A stretch of DNA of 64,000 nucleotides from a virus (taxonomy: Duplodnaviria > Heunggongvirae > Uroviricota > Caudoviricetes): IMG/VR virus record IMGVR_UViG_2939521961_000011; one strand, written 5' to 3'. Position 1 is the first letter of the stretch, and each line of letters opens with the position of its first letter. Below the pieces are notes generated by a model. The model ran no database searches and was not told where the DNA came from. It worked only from the letters and a program-made list of their open reading frames with translations. Positions 29,483 through 43,450 of the stretch are shown one piece after another. A program made the translations under genes and the position numbers.

Positions 29483-30235
29483 TTACCCTGCAGCGCCCGC
29501 TTCAGTAACGGTGACTTCAGCCACTGCGGCGAACTGACCATTTCCGCTCACCACAGGGATCTGCACCTTACCTGTCGCCACGCCGTTTACCGTAATTGTC
29601 ATATCTTTCACACTAATGGTGGCTTTCGACGGATCGGCGGAAACCGCTCTGAACGTCTTGTCGGTTGCACTTTCCGGCTCAAAAGAAACCGTCAGGGTGG
29701 TTGTTTTCCCTTTTGCCACCGTACCGGATGTCGGCGTCACCTTAATCGCAGTGACCGGCGTAATTTTGCTGCGTTCTTCCGCTACAGAAGGTTTGCCCAC
29801 GTTGGTCACTTTCACCGTGCGGGTGATCACTTCTTTCGCCGTCACGGCCTTACCGATACTGCTGACCCAGCCACGGAACACATCCACCGTGCCATTTGGG
29901 AAACGGATTTTATAGGCCCGCACATCCCCGCTTTCAAACCAGCCTATAAGCCATTTCTGACCTTCTTCTCCCGGTTTCCAGGCCAGCGTAAAACCGGTAT
30001 CTCCTGCAGACTTCTGCCCCTGCCCGGTCGCGGTCCAGTCCGCGTCTTCATCATCCAGGTAGTTATCATCGTAGGGTTCTGCCGTCATCTCGCCCGGCGT
30101 CAGATCCTTCACCTTAGCCAGTCGCTGCCAGTCATCGTCTGACAACGGGTTTGCATAAGCATCACCCTTGCCGTTGTAAACCCACAGAGTGGTACCGGCA
30201 CCTTTTACCGGCTCAAGGGGATTTGGTGTTGCCAT
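29483..30235 (-). CDS. V: Major tail protein V with C-terminal Ig-like domain
   Basis: 250 aa; C-terminal Big_2-like segment; lambda gpV position. Confidence 0.9.
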   Translation of the reverse strand: MATPNPLEPVKGAGTTLWVYNGKGDAYANPLSDDDWQRLAKVKDLTPGEMTAEPYDDNYLDDEDADWTATGQGQKSAGDTGFTLAWKPGEEGQKWLIGWFESGDVRAYKIRFPNGTVDVFRGWVSSIGKAVTAKEVITRTVKVTNVGKPSVAEERSKITPVTAIKVTPTSGTVAKGKTTTLTVSFEPESATDKTFRAVSADPSKATISVKDMTITVNGVATGKVQIPVVSGNGQFAAVAEVTVTEAGAAG

Positions 30236-30242
30236 ATCGTCC

Positions 30243-30638
30243 TCACATCTCGTATGTAATGGAATAAGTCAGATCCGCAGAACTCCATAACGCCATATCG
30301 TCATCACGACGATACTCATAGCCCTGCGTAACCATCGTCGTAATCAGGTCTGCCAGTGCCGGGATCGCAGTCACCGCCGGATAAATCCGGCTTTCCATCC
30401 ACTGATCAAGCTCCGAATCCGGTACCTGTGCCGGTAAAAACACCTCAATATGCAGTGTGGCCCGCCAGGTATCTGCATCCAGCTCTTCACCGGTATACTC
30501 TGCATCCGTCAGATAAACCGCGACGGCCGGAAAATCCTCTTCGTCAAAAACAACGGGGCGACCATCAAACAGCGTCGCCCCGTGTTCATGCAGCTCCAGT
30601 GCATCCAGCACTGCCGCACGGATATCAGTATGTTTCAT
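30243..30638 (-). CDS. U: Tail terminator protein U
   Basis: 131 aa, same length and position as lambda gpU. Confidence 0.9.
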   Translation of the reverse strand: MKHTDIRAAVLDALELHEHGATLFDGRPVVFDEEDFPAVAVYLTDAEYTGEELDADTWRATLHIEVFLPAQVPDSELDQWMESRIYPAVTAIPALADLITTMVTQGYEYRRDDDMALWSSADLTYSITYEM

Positions 30639-31168
30639 CGTTTTATCGCAATCCTAAGTTGTTGTTTCAGCGCGTATGCCAGTTCTCCGGGCAGACGTTC
30701 ACGCCGGATACGGTCAATATTCTCATCAAACGCCTGTTTCAGTGGGGCCGCCATCGGGATTTTCACCACATCAATGGGGTAACGGTTTTTCCCGGCCACA
30801 CGCTGCATGACATGCCAGCGACCATTTTTTAATCGCTGGATAAATGCCCGCTGATACCGATGCTGACCAGCTTTAAGTATGCTGTCCGGACGACGGCCCA
30901 GCATCCTGATCCCCAGCTTAATCACAGGGAGATCACCGCGTTTAACGATAATTCTGGCATTCGGATTTCTGACCGTGGCCCGTTTCAGTCTGGACCGTTC
31001 CTTTACCAGTTTCCGGCGTACCTTTGTCTCACGGGCAACCTGTGATGAAGACTGATTAATCGCCGTTGTGGCCACGCGGTTAATGGCCATTGCTGAAGCC
31101 GCCGGAATGGCGTTTTTACGAACCCGGCTCAGATTTTCAATCGCCTGATCAAGCCCTTTTATCGCCAT
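30635..31168 (-). CDS. Z: Tail completion protein Z
   Basis: 177 aa between FII and U. Confidence 0.85.
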   Translation of the reverse strand: MAIKGLDQAIENLSRVRKNAIPAASAMAINRVATTAINQSSSQVARETKVRRKLVKERSRLKRATVRNPNARIIVKRGDLPVIKLGIRMLGRRPDSILKAGQHRYQRAFIQRLKNGRWHVMQRVAGKNRYPIDVVKIPMAAPLKQAFDENIDRIRRERLPGELAYALKQQLRIAIKR

Positions 31169-31182
31169 AATTCACCCTGCGT

Positions 31183-31536
31183 TTATCGTCGCCGGTTAAC
31201 TGCCGGTGGTTGCCCACGGTTGAGCCAGAGATAACAACTCCCTCCGTCATCCGGAGAAACACGGTCCACCCAGAACATCTCGCCGTTAATGGTCAGCGTG
31301 TCACCACGCCGCAGTTGCCGCACATCATCAGTCCGGACAAACAGGGACGGGCTGGAGCCTTCAACGCGCACGCCCTGTCCGGCATAGCTGATATTTTCAG
31401 GGTCATCAAAAACACCACGTATCACAGCACCTGACTGCTCACCGGATGTCATGGTGGCTGACATTCCCATGTACCCGCGTATCGTTTCATCGGCGCGGGC
31501 AATGGCAGCATCGAACAGGTTATCGAAATCAGCCAC
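31183..31536 (-). CDS. FII: Head-tail connector protein FII
   Basis: 117 aa, same length and position as lambda gpFII. Confidence 0.85.
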   Translation of the reverse strand: MADFDNLFDAAIARADETIRGYMGMSATMTSGEQSGAVIRGVFDDPENISYAGQGVRVEGSSPSLFVRTDDVRQLRRGDTLTINGEMFWVDRVSPDDGGSCYLWLNRGQPPAVNRRR

Positions 31537-31547
31537 AGCGCCTCCCG

Positions 31548-31943
31548 TTATTGCATTCTGGCCAGGCCATGTTCTGTCATTTCGGCTGCCACACTGGCAG
31601 AGACACGGAACGCCGTTCCCGGCAGTACGAATGCCACTGGTTCATCCCGCGTGGCGTGAAGTGCAACAGTGTGCAGCGTCACCAGTGCCACGACCGTGAC
31701 CAGAGCAGCCGTATCAGTCACGGTATCCGTCTGTGCTGATACCACCTCATTTTCATGCCCGGTCAGCACATTTTCCTGGCTGAGAGGGGTGTCCTGACCG
31801 GCAGTGTCATCCGTGTCATCAAGCTCTTCTTCCAGCTCTGCCACACGGAGCGCCAGTTCTTCTTTCGTCCCCGTCAGGCTGACATCACGGTTCAGTTGTT
31901 CACCCAGCGAGCGGAGACGGGCAATCAGTTCATCTTTCGTCAT
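31548..31943 (-). CDS. FI: DNA packaging protein FI
   Basis: About 131 aa between E and FII with acidic linker; start taken at the internal ATG. Confidence 0.7.
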   Translation of the reverse strand: MTKDELIARLRSLGEQLNRDVSLTGTKEELALRVAELEEELDDTDDTAGQDTPLSQENVLTGHENEVVSAQTDTVTDTAALVTVVALVTLHTVALHATRDEPVAFVLPGTAFRVSASVAAEMTEHGLARMQ

Positions 31944-31984
31944 GGACTTCTCCACAGAGAGACAATGGCCCCGAAGGGCCATGA

Positions 31985-33010
31985 TTACGCCAGTTGTACG
32001 GACACGAACTCATCAGGGTCAGCCAGCAGCATCAGCGGTGCTGACTGAATCATGGTGAACTCACGCGCCGGATCGCCGGTGGTCACCCAGTTTTTCGGGT
32101 AACGGGCAGAGGCGTTAATGCCTTCGCGCTGTGCGTCCGCATCCTGAATACAGCCATAGGTACGCAGACCGCGTGCCTGAGTGTTCCCCAGCACCATCGT
32201 GTTGTCCGGCAGGAAGTTCTTTTTGACGCCGTTTTCCACGTACTGTCCGGAATACACGACGATGGCCACATCGCCATACATTCCCTTATAAGACACCGCT
32301 TTGCCCAGGTCTTTTACCGCTGTCTCCAGCTCGGAATGAGAGCCGCGACGGGTATCCAGCTTATCCCTGACGGCTTTGAAGGAACGGAACAGCGCCCATC
32401 CTTTCGGATCAAACACGATGATATTCACCACGCCGCTGGCGTTCAGCGCGTAGGCTTCGATATCGTCGGTCGGGTCATACGTGGACTTGTCACGCTTGCT
32501 CCACTCCGTGCCGCCGGACTGCGTGATGTTGTTCGCCGCACTGCGGCCCATATCCACCTCAACCGGATCGAAGGCTTCACCGGTCATGGTGTATTTGCCC
32601 TTGAGCACGGCAGAAACTGCCTGCATCTCTTCGACCTGAGCAATGGCCAGCTCTTCGTCACGCATGTTCTGCATGATGATGCGACGGCGGCGGTAAGCCG
32701 GGTCCGCCAGATTCTGCGGATCTTCATCCGGCAGGCGACGCAGGGTCATCTGCGGATTCACTTCATGCTTCGGCTTGACATATCCCGGCGTAAATTCAGA
32801 GGTGGAGCCGCCACGGGAACGGATAACCTCACCAGAAACAATCGGCGAAACGTACAGCGCCATGTTTACCAGTCCCGGAATTTGTGAGAGATAGACTTTC
32901 TCCGTGGTGAAGGGATAGCTCTCACGGAAAAAGAGACGCAGAAACAGCGGATCAAACTTAAATTTCTGCTCATTTGCCGCCAGCAGTTGGGCGGTTGTGT
33001 ACATCGACAT
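31985..33010 (-). CDS. E: Major capsid protein E
   Basis: Starts MSMYTTAQLLAANEQKFKFDPLFLRLFFRESYPF and ends PLMLLADPDEFVSVQLA, essentially identical to lambda gpE as I recall it. Confidence 0.95.
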   Translation of the reverse strand: MSMYTTAQLLAANEQKFKFDPLFLRLFFRESYPFTTEKVYLSQIPGLVNMALYVSPIVSGEVIRSRGGSTSEFTPGYVKPKHEVNPQMTLRRLPDEDPQNLADPAYRRRRIIMQNMRDEELAIAQVEEMQAVSAVLKGKYTMTGEAFDPVEVDMGRSAANNITQSGGTEWSKRDKSTYDPTDDIEAYALNASGVVNIIVFDPKGWALFRSFKAVRDKLDTRRGSHSELETAVKDLGKAVSYKGMYGDVAIVVYSGQYVENGVKKNFLPDNTMVLGNTQARGLRTYGCIQDADAQREGINASARYPKNWVTTGDPAREFTMIQSAPLMLLADPDEFVSVQLA

Positions 33011-33065
33011 AAAAAAATCCCGTAAAAAAAGCCGCACAGGCGGCCTTTAGTGATGAAGGGTCAGG

Positions 33066-33398
33066 TTAAACGATGCTGATTGCCGTTCCGGCAAACGCGG
33101 TCCGTTTTTTCGTCTCGTCGCTGGCAGCCTCCGGCCAGAGCACATCCTCATAACGGAATGTGCCGGACTTGTAGAACGTCAGCGTGGTGCTGGTCTGGTC
33201 AGCAGCAACCGCAAGAATGCCAACGGCAGCACCGTCGGTGGTGCCATCCCACGCAACCAGCTTACGGCTGGAGGTGTCCAGCATCAGCGGGGTCATTGCA
33301 GGCGCTTTCGCACTCAATCCGCCGGGCGCGGTTGCGGTATGAGCCGGGTCACTGTTGCCCAGCGGCTGGTAATGGGTAAAGGTTTCTTTGCTCGTCAT
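33066..33398 (-). CDS. D: Head decoration protein D
   Basis: [12 protein letters not shown]...[10 protein letters not shown] matches lambda gpD almost exactly. Confidence 0.95.
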   Translation of the reverse strand: MTSKETFTHYQPLGNSDPAHTATAPGGLSAKAPAMTPLMLDTSSRKLVAWDGTTDGAAVGILAVAADQTSTTLTFYKSGTFRYEDVLWPEAASDETKKRTAFAGTAISIV

Positions 33399-33407
33399 AA
33401 ACATCCC

Positions 33408-34707
33408 TTACACTGGTGTGTTCAGCAAATCGTTAACGGCATCAGATGCCGGGTTACCTGCAGCCAGCGGTGCCGGTGCCCCCTGCATCAGACGATCCAG
33501 CGCAGTATCACTGCGCGCCTGTGCACTCTGTGGTGCTGCGGCCAGAATGCGGCGGGCCGTTTCCACGGTCATACCGGGGGTTTCTGCCAGCACGCGGGCC
33601 TGTTCTTCGCGTCCGTGAGCCTCCTCACAGTTGAGGATCCCCATAATGCGGCTGTTTTCTGCCGCAACCGCAGCGGTGATCTGCGCGTTCACGTCCGGCT
33701 GCGCCGCGCTGGCGTTTTCGCCCTCCGTCGCTGGCACCACGCCAGTAACGTCAGCCTGCGAAGCAGTGGCTGAAACAGTTGTTGATTGAGTCTCTTTGGT
33801 CATTCGCCCTCCTGAGAGACGGGATTTACGTGCATCCAGTGCATCACGCATAACGGTGATCGCATCGGTGCTGTTGACAAGTTCATCAGCCAGTCCGGCA
33901 TCAATGGCCTCCTGACCGCTGTACACTGCAGCCTCGGTATCCAGCACAGCCTGCACGGACAGGCCGGTATATGCCGACACCTTCTGCGCAAACATCCGGC
34001 GGGTTGCATCCATCCGGGACTGCAGTGTTTCCCGGACATCACCCGGTAGATGGCTGTAGGGGTTGCCATCCACCTTATGGCTGCCGCTGTAAATCAGCGT
34101 GATTTCCACGCCCTGTTTCTCCAGGGCAGCACCGTAATTACTGTGAGCCATCATGACGCCGATGGAGCCTGTCCGGGCGGTCTGCGTGACCAGACGCCGG
34201 GAGGCGGCGCTGGCAAGCAGCTGACCTGCACTGCAGTTCATGTCGTTGGCCAGCGCCCATACCGGTTTTATGTCTCGCACACGGGCGATGATGTCAGCAC
34301 AGTCAAATGCTCCCGCCACCATCCCGCCCGGTGTGTCCATATCCAGCAGAATGCCGTCCACCATCGGATCGCTGGCAGCCTGTTGCAGACGGGCGATAAT
34401 GCCGTTGTAACCGGTCATTCCCGAATACGGCTGCAGCGCCCGCGTCCGGCTGACCAGCGTACCGGACACCGGCAGCACGGCGATGCCGTTCATGACCTGA
34501 TAACTCCGGGCCTGTCGTGGTCCGTCATCATCACCGGATAACGCCAGCGCCGCGGGTGCCTCTCCGGCAGTCAGGCTGTCGCCGGATACTGCATCCGTCA
34601 GGCGGCTGATCCCAAGCTGGCCTGCAAGCGCACAAAAGAAAACCCGCGCATAGGCGGGTTCAAGCATCAGCGGCTCATTAAAAGCCATGCTGGCAATATG
34701 CGGGAGA

Positions 34708-34727
<20 letters not shown>
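33408..34727 (-). CDS. C: Prohead protease / scaffold protein C (S49 ClpP-like)
   Basis: Matches lambda gpC from TAELRNLPHIASMAF to the end; GTG start; overlaps the portal gene by 20 nt. Confidence 0.9.
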
Positions 34728-38408
<3,681 letters not shown>

Positions 38409-38434
<26 letters not shown>

Positions 38435-38954
38435 TCAGCAACCCCGGTATCAGTTCATCCAGCGCGGCTGCTTTGTTCATGGCTTTGATAATATCCCGTT
38501 TCAGGAAATCAACATGTCGGTTTTCCAGTTCCGGAAAACGCCGCTGTACTGAGAGAGGGATCCCGTCAAGAATACTGGCAATTTCACCTGCGATCCGTGA
38601 CAGCACGAAAGTACAGAATGCGGTTTCCACCACTTCTGCGGAGTCTCTGGCATTCTTCAGCTCCTGGGCGTCAGCCTGCGCACGCGTAAGTCGATGGCGT
38701 TCGTACTCAATAGTCCCAGGCTGGAGATCTGCCTCGCTGGCAGCCCTGTAATCCTCAACCTCTTTACGGAGTTTTTCATTTTCGATATCAGCTTCCCTCT
38801 GCGCATACCACTGAATTGCCGTGGCGGTATCAAATACAGATTCAACGCCCTTACCACCTCCGGAGACGCAAGGGAGCCCCTGAGACTGCCAGCGTTCAAT
38901 CGTTCGCGGATCCACGTTGAAAATTTCGGCAAGTTTCTTTTTATTAACCTTCAT
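38409..38954 (-). CDS. nu1: Terminase small subunit Nu1
   Basis: 181 aa; [10 protein letters not shown]...[55 protein letters not shown] matches lambda Nu1. Confidence 0.95.
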
Positions 38955-39094
38955 GAAACAGTCTCACAACAAATACAGGATCCGACATGAAAGTGCCCGA
39001 AAATGACTTTTTCAGGCGTTTTCATGTCGGACCTTTACGGATTCGATATTAGAAAAAACAAATAGTTATGTTCGAGAAGTACCGACATGATTTT

Positions 39095-39141
39095 CCCCGG
39101 AAAATTTTCATAAATAGCGAAAACCCGCGAGGTCGCCGCCC
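39095..39141 (-). other. cos site (cosN cohesive-end sequence plus adjacent cosB-like sequence)
   Basis: Minus strand reads GGGCGGCGACCTCGCGGGTTTTCGCTATTTA, matching the left end of lambda including the 12-nt GGGCGGCGACCT; lies just upstream of Nu1. Confidence 0.85.
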
Positions 39142-39340
39142 CGTAACCTGTCGGATCGCCGGAAAGGACCCGCAAAATGATAATAATTATCATCTACATG
39201 TCACAACGTGCATCTACGCCATCAAACCACGTCAAATAATCAATTATGACGCAGGTATCGTATTAATTGATCTGCGTCAACTTAACGTAAAAACAACTTC
39301 AGACAATACAAATCAGCGACACTGAATACGGGGCAACCTC

Positions 39341-39565
39341 ATGTCAACGAAGAACAGAACCCGCAGAACAACAACCCGCAACATCCGCTTTCCTAACCAA
39401 ATGATTGAACAAATTAACATCGCTCTTGACCTGAAAGGTTCAGGTAATTTTTCAGCGTGGGTTATTGAAGCCTGCAGAAGAAGATTAATTAATGAAAAAT
39501 ATTCTCAATTTGTACCCAACAAAGACAAACACGACCAGAGCACCTGTTCAGACAGGTTTACTTAA
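39341..39565 (+). CDS. Putative ribbon-helix-helix (Arc/CopG-type) DNA-binding protein
   Basis: 74 aa with basic N-terminus and RHH-like core IRFPNQMIEQINIALDLKGSGNFSAWVIEACRRRL; an inverted repeat TGACGCAG...CTGCGTCA lies upstream. Confidence 0.45.
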   Translation: MSTKNRTRRTTTRNIRFPNQMIEQINIALDLKGSGNFSAWVIEACRRRLINEKYSQFVPNKDKHDQSTCSDRFT

Positions 39566-39646
39566 ACGACTTATATATGACACAAAAAGCGACCACTAAA
39601 GTCGCTTTTTCTTATGGTAACAGGCAATAACTCTCTCAGATATTTT

Positions 39647-39961
39647 TTAGCATTTTTTTGACCGCGCGTTTCCGGACGTATTCTGTTCTCCTGTCCCTTT
39701 ATATCGTCGGAATACCCGCCGCTCTTCAAATCCCATTCCCAACTCAGAATGTAGTCTGTTGACCGCTTGTTTTATTTCGGTCAGGTTCACCGGTGAAACC
39801 GGAGTCCGGCGCGCCTTACGCAAACACTCTGCTCGTTTCTGTGCCGCCACTTTTCTTTTCTGGTCATCACTTAGCTGTACCATCACTTTTGCCCATCGTT
39901 CAGCTGCTCTCCGGTACAGTCCTTTTTTCTCCAGACATTCTGCCACGTGATCATGTAGCAT
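39647..39961 (-). CDS. PerC-family transcriptional regulator-like protein (Pch-like)
   Basis: 104 aa with HDHVAECLEKKGLYRRAAERW, which I recall as the PerC-family signature; AT-rich 450-bp upstream region; moron position between cos and lysis genes. Confidence 0.55.
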   Translation of the reverse strand: MLHDHVAECLEKKGLYRRAAERWAKVMVQLSDDQKRKVAAQKRAECLRKARRTPVSPVNLTEIKQAVNRLHSELGMGFEERRVFRRYKGTGEQNTSGNARSKKC

Positions 39962-40426
39962 AAGTGACCTCCGATTATCTACAGACTGCCATCCTGAATT
40001 TACCTTCCCTTAATGAAATAACAATAAAAAACAAACCACGCAAAAACAATAAAACAACACACAAAAAAAACTAAATAATAAACAAAAATAATCACCTTAT
40101 TTTATTATTTTTTGAGGGAGCAATTACTGAACAAAAAACGCTGACTATATACTCAAAACCAAACAACTATTCTGCCAATCAGGTATCATGGCAACACACG
40201 GAATTACCGTGTTTTTGCCTTCTCTGCCCATACAATACGGGCATATACTTCATTCTCTATTGTAATATTTCTATCCATGTGCCCCACTCCATTTACCTGT
40301 AAATAATATTCAAAATATTTATCACAGAAATCGTTTTTGGCCATGAACTGAGCACACTATAAAGTCCGGAACTGACTCTTTGTTAAATTACCTTAACGTT
40401 ACCAGTAACACCTTCATAACAAAACA

Positions 40427-40894
40427 TCACGGTATACACTGGGTACGGATATATTCCTGTGCTCCTTCCAGTTGCTTCTGCATTGCCATCAGCCGTTCTC
40501 TGAGGATGAAATAATCCCGTTCAGCGGCTTCTGCCAGTCGGGGACCGGTTGCATTATCCACGCCGGAGGTGATGGGGGCTTTACGCAAGGAGCCTGGACA
40601 GTTGGCGTTGATGCGCAGGCGCTTACGACCAGCGGCAACATCAGCACGCAGAGTTTCATTTTCAGCTCTCGCATCGGCTAATTCCCTCGAGTATCTGGCA
40701 TCAAGTGCAGCGACATCACGCTGGCGTATCTGCATATCAGTAATTGTCGCGTTCGCCAGCTCCAGCTCACTGGCTTTTTTATCGCGCTGCTCTTTGTAGA
40801 TGATGGCGTGATCACGGTAATGATTCAGCCCCAGACTAAGCGCACCACAGGCCACCAGCAGGACAATGATAACCACGCACAGAACACGGTTCAT
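40427..40894 (-). CDS. Rz: Spanin inner-membrane subunit Rz
   Basis: N-terminal TM helix then coiled coil; contains an embedded Rz1 ORF in the +1 frame. Confidence 0.85.
   Translation of the reverse strand: MNRVLCVVIIVLLVACGALSLGLNHYRDHAIIYKEQRDKKASELELANATITDMQIRQRDVAALDARYSRELADARAENETLRADVAAGRKRLRINANCPGSLRKAPITSGVDNATGPRLAEAAERDYFILRERLMAMQKQLEGAQEYIRTQCIP
40489..40674 (-). CDS. Rz1: Spanin outer-membrane lipoprotein Rz1 (embedded in Rz)
   Basis: 61 aa with lipobox VVSAC and proline-rich CVKPPSPPAWIMQPVPDWQKPLNGIIS, as in lambda Rz1. Confidence 0.8.
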   Translation of the reverse strand: MRELKMKLCVLMLPLVVSACASTPTVQAPCVKPPSPPAWIMQPVPDWQKPLNGIISSSENG

Positions 40895-41225
40895 ATCACC
40901 ACCAACGGATTGCCCAGACCAGAACAGCAATGGCCACAATACGAATGGCAAAAGCTGCCGCTCTTGTTAAATCCAGACTGGCGTCTCCACTTCAATGCCT
41001 TTCATAATGGACAACCTCAGAAAGAATCTTTTATACTTCCTCACAGGGAAAGTACCTCCCTACCCATAATTTCTCCCTTGCCTTACTCAAGGTCAGAAAA
41101 CACAAAACCCCGCTTGCTGCCAACAAACGGGTTTTTTACTTTTATTCACTTAGGTTTTACCAGTTTTCAGGATTTCGTGTTATCCACCCGCGTTGGCCAA
41201 CGTCATTTTTCAGGAAAATATTCTG

Positions 41226-41759
41226 CTATCTGTCGATGTCCCAGCACGCCAGCGCGCTCTCCTGGTCACGCCGTGAGACCTGACCGTAGCAATTATTTGA
41301 ACGGATACGGCAGTCTCTGCCACCGTCCTTAATCCACCAGCGAATCGCCTCACAGGCACCTTTTCGATCGCCTGCATTAATTCGTTTATAAAACGTCGAC
41401 GGGAAGCACTTACCGGGGCCAATGTTGTACGGACAGAATGACGCGATCCCCGCTTTCTGGGGTTCGGTCAGCGGCACCCGGATGTTTTTCTCCACCCATG
41501 CCAGCGCCTTATCACGTTCAATAGCGTTAACCTGGTCGCATTTTTCCTTCGTCAGTTTCATGCCAGGAATAACAGGCTTACCATCCACCCGGGTGGCTCC
41601 ACGGCAGATGGTCCAGATACCCGCACCATCACGGTATGCCGTGGTGTGGTTACCTTCCTTTTCATCCAGAAACTGGTCGAGGATTTCAGGCGCAGACGCC
41701 CCTGCACCAATCAGCGCCAGAACGGCAGCCGACAGGCCGTATTTGATTTTTGCGTTCAT
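41226..41759 (-). CDS. R: SAR endolysin (T4-lysozyme-like, GH24)
   Basis: N-terminal signal-arrest-release helix YGLSAAVLALIGAGASA, then E...D...T catalytic region EGNHTTAYRDGAGIWT. Confidence 0.85.
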   Translation of the reverse strand: MNAKIKYGLSAAVLALIGAGASAPEILDQFLDEKEGNHTTAYRDGAGIWTICRGATRVDGKPVIPGMKLTKEKCDQVNAIERDKALAWVEKNIRVPLTEPQKAGIASFCPYNIGPGKCFPSTFYKRINAGDRKGACEAIRWWIKDGGRDCRIRSNNCYGQVSRRDQESALACWDIDR

Positions 41760-41889
41760 GGATATTTATCAGGATTTATCGGTTCCGAATCCCTGGATAT
41801 GTTAAGCCTTCACCCCACCAGTGGTGGGCACTGGCGGGTTCTTAATTTCCCCGGATGATCGTGGATTACATTCCACCAGGAGATTACTT

Positions 41890-42522
41890 ATGCTTATCTA
41901 TCCAGCGGCAGACCTCCGTTTACAGGGACGCAGAGCACAACCATGGGATAAAACAACCACTCATAAATATCGTCCCGGTCAATATTATGACTTTCGTAAA
42001 CACCCGGAACTGATCGAGACACACCTTGAGGATTTTGTTGAATATTCAGACAGACAAGCGATTCAGACCTTTTTTTCTTTTGTTAAGTGGATCAACAGCA
42101 ATTCATCTGCATTCGAGAGCACGGACTGCATGTTTTCAGGAACACCAAAGGTTGATGAATACGCCCCGGTATTTGGTTGCACCCATGCGTCATCTGGCCG
42201 CTTCGAATTTTTGTTTCGCGATACGAAAATAAACCAAAATGAGCGAGCTGTCGGATGGGTACTTAACAAACTATCGCTCTACCTTCAGAAAGAACGGCCC
42301 GATTTTTGTAAAGGAACCTTTGGCATCGTTCCCCTCATGACGGAATATACCGACTCCGGCGGTAACGAGTTCACCGGTTATCGTATTTGTGTCTATTTCG
42401 ATGCTTACGGGAATGGAACAGAGGATACCTGGACTTCTCTCAACATCATGTTTGATGGCCTCATGAAAGCCACCAAAAGAATGAGCAATGAAACAATCAC
42501 TGGCGAGATGCGTCCCCTTTAA
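41890..42522 (+). CDS. Hypothetical protein inside the lysis-cassette insertion, antisense to the lysis operon
   Basis: 210 aa from an ATG with AGGAGA RBS; its 3' 252 nt overlap the convergent ORF 42271..43062 in the same codon register. Confidence 0.45.
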   Translation: MLIYPAADLRLQGRRAQPWDKTTTHKYRPGQYYDFRKHPELIETHLEDFVEYSDRQAIQTFFSFVKWINSNSSAFESTDCMFSGTPKVDEYAPVFGCTHASSGRFEFLFRDTKINQNERAVGWVLNKLSLYLQKERPDFCKGTFGIVPLMTEYTDSGGNEFTGYRICVYFDAYGNGTEDTWTSLNIMFDGLMKATKRMSNETITGEMRPL

Positions 42523-43062
42523 AAAATTATCCAGAATCTCACTATTTGCAGAGCGCTCTCTGTTTTTTTGAATACGGAAACACTCTGCGAGATTTCTGCT
42601 CATCACTTTCCGGCAATAATCGTAAAACGCCGCGAACTGCTCATCACGGCGTTTTTTTTCACCTTCGGAAGGGATCTGCACCGACAGTTTTTTATTCAGT
42701 TCAACGACGCTGTTCTCCAGTTTTTCAATGCGTGATTCGATATCATCTTTTTCTGACTGTATCGTGTTATATGCATTGTTAATTTGTATGGTATACCGCT
42801 CTTCTGAACAGAGGCGCTTTTCCGGCAACGGTTCGTTCCCTTCACATAACCCGGCAGCAATATCCATGAAAAACTGCTTCGCCTTCTTTTTCGCCTCAGC
42901 TTCGTAAAACTCCAGCGGGGCACCTTCAACACGATCAAGATCAATCACCACATTTGGCAACAACAGTGACGTATACCCACCAGTTTCCAGCGCCACAGTA
43001 ACAGTAATCTTATCCGGGTAAATATTTATCCCTTTAACAACCAGTTCGTATTGTTTATTCAT
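42271..43062 (-). CDS. Hypothetical protein directly downstream of the holin, central coiled coil
   Basis: 263 aa; ATG 3 nt after the holin stop with GGGGAGAG RBS; 3' part overlaps the convergent plus-strand ORF. Confidence 0.45.
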   Translation of the reverse strand: MNKQYELVVKGINIYPDKITVTVALETGGYTSLLLPNVVIDLDRVEGAPLEFYEAEAKKKAKQFFMDIAAGLCEGNEPLPEKRLCSEERYTIQINNAYNTIQSEKDDIESRIEKLENSVVELNKKLSVQIPSEGEKKRRDEQFAAFYDYCRKVMSRNLAECFRIQKNRERSANSEILDNFLKGTHLASDCFIAHSFGGFHEAIKHDVERSPGILCSIPVSIEIDTNTITGELVTAGVGIFRHEGNDAKGSFTKIGPFFLKVER

Positions 43063-43065
43063 CGT

Positions 43066-43272
43066 CTACTCTCCCCGCGCCGCCTTACGACGGTCCTCTC
43101 TGATTTTGAAATACAGGTTAGTAAGATACGTCAGCAGGCCAAACAGCAGACTCCCCAGCACACCTATCGCCACCCACTGGGACGGAGAGACTTTGTCCAG
43201 CAGCTGCAGTAACCAGTATCCCGTCCCCACCGCTGACGTGGTGTATGACACACCTGTTGTGATTTTTTCCAT
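43066..43272 (-). CDS. S: Pinholin, phage-21 S-like
   Basis: 68 aa; ...[51 protein letters not shown] resembles S21. Confidence 0.85.
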   Translation of the reverse strand: MEKITTGVSYTTSAVGTGYWLLQLLDKVSPSQWVAIGVLGSLLFGLLTYLTNLYFKIREDRRKAARGE

Positions 43273-43450
43273 CTGATGTATGTCTCCGTCACCGCCGACA
43301 GAAAATGAAAGTAAAGAAAAACAAAAAAGCCGCCAGTGTCACCCACTGACGGCCAACGCCGGGAGCCGTGATTATGGCATTCAGGCTCTGCTAAAAATGC
43401 CAGATAACATTCCGGCCTCCCCTGATTCAGGTTATAAATGACACAATATC

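Noticed and set aside
40808-41332. 174-aa plus-strand ORF spanning the Rz start and the R-Rz gap
   Set aside because: Overlaps Rz antisense and the non-coding gap; no RBS; His/Pro/Gln-rich; likely spurious.
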